From Phoronis australis (taxonomy: Eukaryota; Animalia; Phoronida): a stretch of DNA of 64,000 bases. Of this stretch, positions 40,378-50,858 are shown piece after piece. The stretch covers positions 729,506-793,505 of the forward strand of contig NMRA01000121.1 in assembly GCA_002633005.1 (NCBI GenBank), read 5' to 3'. Every line of letters begins with the position of its first letter. Position 1 is the stretch's first letter. Both the position numbers and the translations under genes were made by a program. The notes under the pieces are model-generated. The model searched no databases. It saw nothing but the letters and a program-made list of their open reading frames with translations, and was not told the DNA's origin.

Positions 40378-40880
40378 TTAACAGTGAGCCGTATGTAAAG
40401 ATTAATTTATCTCGCTCCGAGCGGTCTCTTCTGGCTCAGCTTACAACAGGAAATCTCCCATTGCACTTGGAAACTGTTCGTTATGTAAACACTCCTGTAG
40501 CCTAATTAAGTGAAAGACTTTGCTTGTGTTGTGACTCTGGCTTTGTGGAGGATGAGCTACATTTTGTGTTTGGTTGTTCTCTTTATAACTCACGGAGGTC
40601 TATTCTGTTTAATAATGTTTCACTTCAAATCCCGAATTTTGTAGATTTCACTAGATTAGATACGTTATTTCAGTATTTCCCTAGGCAATTTGTCAAATAT
40701 TATCAAGTCTGCTTCTGAACTTAGAAACCGACGCATTTATGGTAGGCCTACATCTGAGTTGTGTGGTTAAAGTGATCAATAAGCCCAACTGGGCTGGGTA
40801 CTATCTTTCTTACGAATGTTATACCTAAATGTTTGAATTATAATTGTACTTGTCACTATAATGAATAAATACTACTCACT
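40378..40880 (+). mobile_element. 3' fragment of a non-LTR retrotransposon (RTEX-like ORF2 C-terminus), degraded
   Basis: EPYVKINLSRSERSLLAQLTTGNLPLHLETVRY...ERLCLCCDSGFVEDELHFVFGCSLYNSRR, a CCHC-type LINE tail with an internal stop. It is followed by aataaa and a short tacta-type tail near 40864-40880. Confidence 0.8.
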
Positions 40881-41463
40881 ATAAATCATTCGGAATACTT
40901 CGGGCACTCAAACCTGATGCTGCGAGGTGTCAAATATACTATATACCATAAAATCTTTGAAGGTGTTGCAAATCAAGCCTCTTTCCGGCCATAGACCTGT
41001 TCAAGTTTTTCATCATAGATGCATGAAAACCGGATATGTACATGTATATCTAGACTATGAAGATGGTGGCCTCCAACACGTTGCCACACTGACAGAATGA
41101 GTGTCTGGCGGTACTCAAGCTCACCAGTCCTCCGCACTAAACGGTCACTGATACTATAACTATAACTATAAAATCTTTGCTAAACTTCTGAAGTTGATCA
41201 TTCCTGACTGGTGGCGCCCCCATCTCCATCCCAGGCAAAGGCAGGCCGCGCTCATGTATTAGAGAGTGAGCAATCTACTGGCTTTGGGAGAGTGAGCAGT
41301 CAATCAAATGTTTGTCGACTAAGTTAGGAAAGAGGTACGTGCGAGCACGGTCGAGCAAGCGCCGGGGACTGCGAGCTCTGATCAGGAAAGCCTGAGGCTG
41401 GCCGGCATCTCACACAATGGGCCCTCAGCTCCCCGGGCCCAAGAACTCAAGTTATCCATGTTA

Positions 41464-41708
41464 CATGCGCGCACCCAGCCTAAAATAATTTTTTAACATG
41501 CGGACCTTTTACTGAAAGGAATCAACTTAACGAGGACTAAAAAGGGGGGGCACTAGACTCAGGCCCCACGAATTGTGCATTTTTGTGGACTTTTGTCTCG
41601 TTTACTCGGACTTTTTGTTTCACTAAGGCGGACCTTTTTGCCCAATTCGCCAAATTGGGGAGCTTCTTTGAGCCCCCGAACCCCCCCCCCCCCCGGGGTG
41701 CGCCCATG
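41464..41708. mobile_element. second copy of the CATG MITE, inverted relative to 27954-28235
   Basis: Starts CATGCGCGCACCCAGCC and ends GGGTGCGCCCATG. Internal ttttgtctc..aggcggacctttttgccca..cgccaaat is the reverse complement of copy 1. Flanks tgtta/tgaaa match only partly. Confidence 0.8.
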
Positions 41709-42289
41709 TGAAATCTGGTTCTCGGGTATCTGTAGTCTTTCACGGTTATTCAGCTGAGTGAAGGCTTGCAGTTCGTCAATTTGTCTGAATAATTTTCACT
41801 TGTTCTGAACCGCGTTAAAAATTAATTTGTAATGTATCAATCCAACATTTATGTTAGTCGTAAATTGGACAGATTCTCTTTGTTTTACATTCACTCATAA
41901 AAACACAGGGTGGGTCAGTTTCATTTAGTCGATCGTTAACATGTTAACGTTTCTTAACTTTCATCCCTGCCTGTTTGTATTGCTTTATTTTACTATTATT
42001 TTTAGTTTTGTTAAAAAAACAATGGGTGGGGTTTCAGCAGTGACACATGGCGGCAGTGAGCGCCGGAGCACCCAGTCTCTACGAGTCAGCTGTCACTTGC
42101 TACGGCGGCCACTTTAGCTGCTATAGTGCACTCATTAAAAATAACCAGAGTATTTCGGTGGAGTTGTGACAAATGGGCATTATTTGATCTCAACTAACTT
42201 TCTTTAAAATCCGTTTTAAACTTTTCACAAAGTTAATGTAAACCCTAAAATTTCAATGGGAAAATCGGTCAGTGTTTGATCAAATTAGA

Positions 42290-42546
42290 CAGCTGGTCGA
42301 AAATCCGTCGAGGACCTTTGATATAGAGGTAAACGAAAAACTAAAATTGCCACTAGGGGTGCACACCGGTAGTCGAATCTGTCCGAAAGTTCCGCTTATG
42401 TCGCCGTCCCATTCACTCAAAATTTCATGAACATACATCGAAGGATTTTGGAGATCGAGTAGCAGACGCCGGACATCGGACGGACGCCGGGCTGGGATGA
42501 CAGCACAACTTGATGCATCCACATACAAATATGTGGGCGCATAAAA
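42290..42546 (-). mobile_element. HINE family A terminal fragment
   Basis: One repeat unit with ttgccactaggggtgcac, a GGAC microsatellite and the terminal hairpin atgcatccacatacaaatatgtgggcgcataaaa. Confidence 0.75.
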
Positions 42547-42985
42547 GTGAAATTAATTGCAGTACCAGCACTAAACAAAAAAGGAAATCCCGTCGTTCCA
42601 AAAACATTCCAATCACTTTCCTCCCATCCAAATTCTCAGACGATATGCTCCGGCCCCATATTCCCTCGGCGTACCTAAAAACTAACGTTTCCCAAACCAG
42701 GTAATCCACCAATTCAATTTCTGGGTGATTTCAGGTGTGAAGGAGCCTGGGAGCCCATCATGTACGCGCAAAACGCCACATTTCAAAAACACTTTTCAAC
42801 GAACCTTGAATTGAAATACGTTCAGATCGAGGGACGCCTTAAATTTTAGCAATGATGGTTCCTCTAGTGTCACCACATGACAATTAAAGATACAAGATTT
42901 AAAAACATTTGGGGATGCTTGAATGGTTTTAAAAGATAATTAACACAATCTGCAAAGCTGAAGATAGTCTCAGTGCACGTTTCAT

Positions 42986-43415
42986 TGCTGTGCGTGAACT
43001 TGGAATCCTGCTCAATCTAAAGATTAAGCGGAAGTGAGTGTTGCGTGAACTCGGAATTGAATATTCTTTTAGGCAAAAATGTGAAATATTTGTTCAGTGA
43101 AAAGAATTTTTGTAATTATTTACCTCACGATCAACCATTTTCTCCTTTACCGTAACTTGTGTCGCTGAACCGGAGGGATATGTGAATGGCTAAATAGATT
43201 GTTTCGTGAAAATGATCGCCGGCAGTTGAAAAGGTTGGTTAAAATTAACATTATTTTATTCAAATGTAACTTAATTTAGTGTAGTGCAAATTTTTATGAA
43301 CATGAACATCATTATTTGAGTGAACTTGTCAAGTTGCCTCGCGTAGTTCAAGTTCTCGCAACACTCACTTCCGCTTTATCTTGAGATAAGCAGGATTCCA
43401 AGTTCACGTACAGCA
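42986..43415. mobile_element. MITE with ~65-bp imperfect TIRs, TG...CA ends and 5-bp TSD
   Basis: TGCTGTGCGTGAACTTGGAATCCTGCT...AAGCGGAAGTGAGTGTTGCG pairs with CGCAACACTCACTTCCGCTT...AGCAGGATTCCAAGTTCACGTACAGCA. TTCAT flanks both sides. Confidence 0.82.
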
Positions 43416-43423
43416 TTCATCAT

Positions 43424-46200
43424 ACAAGAGCAAACGTTGAAATGCGCCCACGAATGCATCGCAAATGGAGCGCTTTTAGGATTTATTTGTATCATAAAAA
43501 TGGCCACAAAAACGTACAATCCATCCACAAACGGGATCGTGCCGTATTTCATATAATCTGTCAAGGAACTTAAGAGAAACAAAGGACGGAACGAAATGAA
43601 TTGCCACCTGTGGGCACAGCGTCCGTTCGGTCCGCCTGACAGTCATAATCTGTTACCTTCACATAAATTCACTTACTAAATCTAATAGAGATCCTGCAGT
43701 GTGTTTTGGAGATACAGATATGAGCAAAAACAAAACAAAACTACCACTAGGAGGCGCCACAGTAGTCAGTCGCCATCATCAAACGTCCTCTTCACACTGA
43801 AAACATATAGGCCAATTTTCAAAACCATCCCCAGAATAATTTGGTTGATCGAGAGGTGGACGCCAAAACCAAGATTTGAAAACAGCAAAAATGGCCATCA
43901 GGTGGGGCAAAATACCTCGATTCCATCCAAAAACAGGATGATAGCGTCATCTCACCAATAGATACCTATATTCAAAATTTTATGAAAATCTGTTGAGAAC
44001 CTTTGAAGATATACAGACTGGTAAACATAAAAAACTACAAGAGCAACGCAGAGCGTTGAAATGCGCCCACAATTGCACCGCATACGGTATCCCTCTACGG
44101 TTGTTTAGTGGTACCATAAAGTGGCCAGTAGAGGGCATATATGTAGTATGTTGTACTTAGCAAAATGGAAAGGCATGGTCATTATCTCCTCAATAGGCTA
44201 GGGGCAAAATGTGAGTAATCTTCATAATACAAGCACATCCTATACACCAGTTGCTTAAAGCACCACAGAAACATAGAATTAAAAACAAATTTACCAACAT
44301 ACGAGATTAGAACAGCATTAGAATGCCAGAAACAAATTTCTACTTGGAACTTTTCCTTCATAGTCACGAAGTAACACAAAGTATACACCTGAAGACCTAT
44401 GAAAATACAGAGGTCAATGTAAAATACTAAAATTGCCACTAGAGGCAAATACTAAAATTGCCACTAGAGGCATACCGGTAATCAGAATCATCCTAAAGTC
44501 GTCATCGTCCGTTGTCAACATCACATAAATACACTTGCTAAATTTAGTAAAGATCCTGCAAACGGTTTGGGAGATACAGCCATGGGCGCAAAAAAAAAAA
44601 ACTGCCACTAGGAGGCGCCACAGTAGTCCAAATCGTCTGAAAATCATTGTCAGCTGTCTTCCTTATAGTAAGCACATACACGCCAATTTTCACAATCATC
44701 CTTTGAGCGGTTTGGTTGATAGAGGGGTGGACGCAAAAATACAGACTCGAAAACAGTAAAAATGGCCACTAGGTGGCGCAAACTACGTCGAATCCATCTG
44801 AAAACAGTAGGATAGCGTCATCTCACTAATAGGTGCCTACATACCAAATTTCATGAAAATCCGTTCAATACTTTTGAAGATACAAAGGTAAGCGTAAAAA
44901 ACTAAAATTGCCACTAGGGGGCACATCGGTAGTCGGATCCGTCCGAAAGTTCGCACATGCCGTCCCATTCATGAATGGAACATATGTGCCAAATTTCATG
45001 AACGTATGTCAAAGGGTTTTGGAGATAGAGCAGCGGACGCCGGACGCCGCCTGGACGGACGGACGGACAGAGATGACGGCATAATGCGTCCACATATAAA
45101 TATGTGGGCGCATAAAAATTGCCGCTAGGGGGCACACCAAAAGTCAGATCTGTCCGAAAGTAGTCGTCGTCCGATGTCAACATCATATAAATACACTTGC
45201 TAAATTATTTAAAGATCCTGCAAACGGTTTAGGAGATACAGCGATAAGCGCAAAAAAATGCCACTAGGAGGCGCCACAGTAGTCGAACTCATCGGAAAAT
45301 CATCGTCAGCCATCCACTTTATAGTAAAAATATACATGCCAATTTTCACAATTATCCTGAAAGCGGTTTGGTTGATAGACGAGTGGATGCCAAAAATATA
45401 CTCGAAAACAGCAAAAGTGGCCACTAGGTGGCGCAAACTAGGTCGAATCCATCTGAAGACGATGAGATAGCATCAGTCTCATCACAGATGCCTGTATGCC
45501 AAATTTTATGAAAATACGTTGAGGACCTTTGAATTTACAGAGCCTGAGGTAACGTAAAAAAATGATATTGCCACTAGGTGGCACACCAGTAGTCAGATCC
45601 GTCCGAAAGTTGTCGTCCATTGTCAACATCATATCAACACACTTACTAAATTTAGTAAAGTTCCACTTTAAGATACAGCCATAGGCGCAAAAAAACTGCC
45701 ACTAGGAGGCGCCACAATAGTCAAAATCGTCGGACAATCATCGTCAGCCGTCCACTTCATAGTTAGAACATACGTGCCAATTTTCACAATCATCCTTTGA
45801 GATCGAGGTTTGGTTGATAGAGGGGTGGACGCAAAAAAAACAGACTCCAAAACAGTAAAACTGGCCACAAGGTGGCGCAAACTATGTTGACTCCATCCGA
45901 AAACGATATGACAGCGTCATCTCACTAATAGGTGCCAATATACCAAATTTTATGAAAATCCGTTCAGGACTTTTGAAGATACAGAGATAAACGCAAAAAA
46001 CTAAAATTGCCACTAGGGGGCACACCGGTAGTCGGATCCGTCCGAAAGTTCGCTCATGTCGTCCCATCCACGGAAGGAACGCATGTGCAAAATTTCATGA
46101 AGATACGTCGAGGCGTTCTAGAGATAGAGCAGCGGACGCCGGACACCGGACGGAGATGACGGCATAATGCGTCCACATATAAATATGAGGGCGCATAAAA
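43424..46200 (-). mobile_element. HINE family A, full-length host copy containing a nested younger copy
   Basis: On + it begins ACAAGAGCAAACGTTGAAATGCGCCCAC and ends GGACGGAGATGACGGCATAATGCGTCCACATATAAATATGAGGGCGCATAAAA. ATGCGCCCAC/GTGGGCGCAT are the subTIRs. The centre is an array of three alternating subunit types. Confidence 0.85.
44037..45114 (-). mobile_element. younger HINE family A copy nested in the 43424-46200 copy
   Basis: Has its own ends (ACAAGAGCAACGCAGAGCGTTGAAATGCGCCCAC ... ATATGTGGGCGCATA). The flanks rejoin to match the uninterrupted sequence at about 56945-56985. Confidence 0.82.
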
Positions 46201-46263
46201 ATGACTACGTGCTATGACCTCGTGAACCTCACCAATTTCGCAGCTTGCCATTTGCTAAAGAGG

Positions 46264-46816
46264 CTTGCTGGTTCCCTGCGTGCTTATCCCAGCCAGCACG
46301 CAGGTATCAGACGCACTGGCACGCTCTTTATTATTGGTCGATGTAACCTCGGCAGTCTTTGGTTAGCTTTACAACACTGTGAAAAAAATTATGGCGGACT
46401 GTGAACGATTTTTAGCCTTGTCATGCAAGTGGCGCGTCGCAGCAACTATTTCGTTTCGGCAGCAATGTTTAATAGCCGCGTGCTCGAAGCACATACATAT
46501 ACAATAAACACATATCTGGCCGATTTAACCGGTGTGTTATGAAAACAGGACAGTATCTTAAACAGAAGACATCGACGGTAGAAAGATGCATTCCGAAAAG
46601 GCGCAATCACAATTTCTAGGCTTCACATTTTCTCAGTAAACATAAATTTTAAGCACCGATTTGTCTGTACAACAGACCACATTTACACTTCAATCCATCA
46701 GTCATGCCTGTTTGTTTGCGTAAAGCGCTGCCCGTTGAGAATTCGACTAGCCAATCAGAAACGCCGGTGTAAAAAAATTTACCGCCCCGCCTAGCGGCAC
46801 ACAGGGAACCAGCGAG
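46264..46816. mobile_element. 553-bp TIR element with 9-bp TSD (Academ- or MuDR-like)
   Basis: TIRs CTTGCTGGTTCCCTGCGTGC / GCACACAGGGAACCAGCGAG. CTAAAGAGG is directly repeated at 46255-46263 and 46817-46825. Confidence 0.8.
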
Positions 46817-47914
46817 CTAAAGAGGCATGATACAGAGCCACCTCTTGCCTGATAAATTACGTTATATTTGGAGAGCATAATTTTTTTAAACTACAACTTA
46901 AAATGACGGCATTTTTCAAATGTCCAATGCTTGAAGGCATACAAGAAAAATTAACTTGCCTTCCTGACATGGACACAGGATGAAAAATTGGGAGTTGCGG
47001 CTCACTGCCTATCCCAAAGAAGTTAGACAAATGAAAGCAAAATTCAACATTCATTTAATAATTTGTATTTTTCATACAAAATACCAGGCATTCCATATAA
47101 TGTGTAAAAATATGGCCAATGCATACTCATAGCAGGCACTGGCATCTGTGAGACACCTACATAAAAGCAACATTGACAAATGAAGGGAAATAGCAGTATA
47201 AATATCGAGTACACTGAGTACAAGGATACCTTGACCACAACATGTGGCCACTTGCAAGTGCACCTAAAACTAGTTTCTATGCATAGCAATCCAGTCTACT
47301 CTTCTCGAACTGTTGTACATTGAAATTCTCAAACCTTATTCACAAAAATTGACCATTTTTACATTTCACGTGTCTAGCAAAATATCTTATCTTGATTCTC
47401 GGTGAAATTCAAATACAAAATATATACCACATTGCGAGAAAAAAGATTTAGCACAACCACCTAGGAACAGCACAGCCACGTGGGTATTTGTTTACTACTT
47501 ATCCGAGGTCAAAGGTTACAGCACGGGCGGTCACTCAAATCGAGTCCCACCAGGTACAGAGCAGCTTCGTATCTACCCTCTGCCCTTTCATTCACCGATT
47601 CGTCATATTGAGTCAACGAGGTCTACAGTGTCGAGGAAAACAAAGACAAAGACAAAACGTAGTTTTGATCCTGTTGTGCGTTTACATGCACACGACCGTT
47701 GAGAACGAACCTGTGCTACGCCGGAGTCGCCTCACGCCTCTGTGGTCACGAACACAGCAAGTTGAGAAAATACATAAACCCTCACCCTAATTCCTTGATT
47801 CCAGGAACTGGTTCCTAGCTTGATTCAATAAGTAAACTGACTTTTCGATCTCATGCTTACGACATACTTTAACCACCGACTCGATTTTCCATTTCATTTC
47901 GAATATCGACGGAC

Positions 47915-48710
47915 AAGAACTAGCGGTCTTGTCGAAAACTAAAGCAGCCAAGAGGGTAGTCGAATCAAAACGAAAATCGGCTTCTGACAGCGCCTCCATC
48001 CCTGCCATATATCTTTGTGCCAAATTTTATCCAGTTTTGCCTAGCGTTTATTTTTTTGAGATAGCCAACTTAACCTGTCTAGTCAAAAACTATAATGGCC
48101 AACAGGGTGCTACAGTAGCCAAATCTGTCCGAAAATCGACTAGTGCTGGCGCATACCACCCATCTATCTCTATGTCACCATGATTCGCCAAGCGGTTTCA
48201 AGATAATCGATGGACAGGCAATGACTTGAGCAGTCGAAAACTAACGGGTGGCACAGTCCAAAAATTGACTAGTGCCGGCACATTCTCGCCATATACCACT
48301 GTATCGAATTTCATCGTGATCTGTCAAGCAGTTTTTGAGATAATCGACGCTTTTTATAAGTAGGAAGACAATTGACAAAACTGTAACAGTGTGGAATGCA
48401 TTAAAATGTAATTCGTAAGTGAACACATTATATTCCAGTAAAAATCATAAGTGTGCAGAATTAAAAAATTGCCATTTTTAAATATATCATGGCTTGACGG
48501 AAACGAAATCACCTAACCTGGGAATCCACGCTAGCCAAATCCGTCCAAAAATCAACTGGTGCTGGCGCATATCCGCCAAGTACCTCTACACCAAATTTCA
48601 TGATACGCCAAGTGGTTCTTGAGAGAATAGGCAGGAATGATAAGGACAGACGAACGGACGGACGGGATGCCGACAAAATGCGACCACCACTTTTTGTGGG
48701 TGCAGAAAAA
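47915..48710 (-). mobile_element. HINE-like element of a further family, degraded
   Basis: Internal units with aaatc(c/t)gtcc..aaatc.actagtgctggcgcata and ccaaatttcatga, a GACG microsatellite near 48645-48665 and a terminal imperfect hairpin. Boundaries are approximate. Confidence 0.5.
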
Positions 48711-49885
48711 TTTCAAGAGATCACAATGTCCATTAAAAGTAACTTGCTTTTCAAAAACACCTGTGAGCAATACTTTAGACTCCTACCAGGTGTCTAATGT
48801 CAATATTTTTTTCAATTTTAAGAATCTACGAATCTGTAAGTTCTTTCACCAACGCTTTTAGGCTGCTATGCCAAGTGAATATTGGAACTTGTCGATTCGA
48901 CTCCTCACATTTTTTTTAAAATTCATCAGATTTTCTTAGATGTGTTAACACCAGTTTAGTGTTGCAGTAATTTTCATTCTAATATGACTGTACAGCACAT
49001 GCCTGTAATCAAGTTGCTCATGACTTGAGTAATGGCATTGTGTACATATTGCACACTGTACACTAGCAGCATGGGCTTTTCTTGTTATTCATGGGTATTT
49101 TTGAATATCTGTCAAGTGAATTTTTTGTGAGTTTTGACTTTTTCAGATGGTATTGAGGTTGGTGTTCGCCTGAACCTGTCAACGTTTACAGGGCAAAAAA
49201 TACCACCCACTTATAATGATATACTTCTTTCAGGAAGGACCACAAATTTCTTCAAAACACAACCAACTACCTATGACTTTTTATTTCAACTGCCTCCTCA
49301 TACCGATTTTGCTGGAACAGCCCTTAGCACTATTCTGAGGTTAACAGATTATTTGCTGGCGAAATCTATTTTCAAGGACAATTTCTAACAACATGGCAGG
49401 CGTGTGTTCACTGATGAAAGAACCTTGCAAAAACCCAAGATCATGCAAGACTGCGATATCAGCATGTACCACAACCAAGCACATGATCACACTAGCTTCC
49501 TTCCAAAGATTCTTGCCTCTACAAAACTACACCCTGCATTGTGATGCCATTTCTGTTTGCTGTGGGCAATGGTGATAAGATGACCTTTCAAGCACTGCCG
49601 TGTCCGCTAGCCATCCCCCACCCAAATTGGTTAGAGAAAAGAATTCAGCATCACTTTTCCTCATCTCTGGTGAATTTTCATTTTTTGAAAAATTGAGCAA
49701 CTAAAAAGTACCACCCATTAATTAAAAAAGACAGGCAAGAACCAACCATACTTGGGTGAAGTGTTACGTGTCTGCTGAGTCATTCTGAAGTAGAAAATTT
49801 TTCAACGTCGACATAAAATTGTAGACCAGTAAATAAAGTATGAGGTGATACCACTCATATCAGCAGCGCTAGGTGAGTGGAATGA

Positions 49886-49990
49886 TTATGTGGAATATGG
49901 TTGAAACACTGTTCATTGCCAGGTGACGTAGCGGCACAATTATGTGGAATATGGTTCAAACACTGTTCATTGCCAGGTGATGTAGCAGCT
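49886..49990. repeat. ~53-bp tandem duplication
   Basis: attatgtggaatatggtt(g/c)aaacactgttcattgccaggtga(c/t)gtagc occurs twice. Confidence 0.85.
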
Positions 49991-50739
49991 CAACTTGAAT
50001 GGGATGATCACTGTTGTTGTTGTGGGTCAATCCAGTGTTATTTACACTTGTCACAATGACACACAGAAGCAGAATGGTTGAGGCCATACCACTTCTTCTA
50101 AAAGATGTGTTGAGCTCAGGAATGTGTTAGTACCAAAGTGGATATTGCAAGTGGACGTCTTGATATCTTAGTACTGTTCACAGTCTAGTTTCACTCATCA
50201 AGAATCTTTCTTTCACCTGCAGCCTTGCATGTTTTACAACAACATCAAGAGTGAAAACACAACCACAGTTAATTTTGTTCATTAATTACCGTCCCAGAGT
50301 CCTATCCTGTTCAGGACTAATCATGTCATCACAAAATCAGCGATACTCATTAACCCGTTGTTGTTGTTGTTGCTTACACTTGCAACCTGTCAAAACCATG
50401 TCTAGGGATATCTTACATAGTTGTTGATGTCCTGGATACCAAAGTGGTGTTGACCACTTTCAATAATACGTCCATCAATAGAGTGAGTCACTGATCTCTG
50501 ACGTACAAGTTCTTCGTTCAGTGACAACAGTCCCTAACAGGTGTTGTGACCAGTTCTTACAGTTGTTGTGATGACATCACCACCCTTACAGTTCCACTGC
50601 CTCTAATTGGTCAATACAGCTGTGTGTAAAAGAAAGAAAACTCATTATGCTGTTGCCAACAAACTGATACGAACAAGTCAAACGCAGGCCATGTTCAACA
50701 ACCATCTTTCAGTACCATACCCTACAGCAACTTCCTTGC

Positions 50740-50858
50740 CTCTCTCGGCCAACACACTTACTAACACCTCTCTCTCGGCCAACACACTCACTAACACCTC
50801 CCTCTTGGCCAACACAATAACTAACACCTCTCTGTCAGCCAACACACTCACTAACACC
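50740..50858. repeat. 30-bp minisatellite
   Basis: tctctcggccaacacactcactaacacctc-like unit, 4 copies. Confidence 0.9.

Noticed and set aside
27954-41708. Inverted CATG-MITE pair as the ends of a 13.7-kb composite transposon enclosing the Kolobok genes
   Set aside because: The left copy has its own TACCC duplication on both sides, and the outer flanks (TACCC vs TGAAA) do not match, so they are independent insertions.
44182-46251. Recurrent short ORFs with PLVAILVF / VPPSGN / TATRRRHSS motifs (also at 55-58 kb)
   Set aside because: They are translations of the non-coding HINE tandem subunits, and frames are not conserved between copies.
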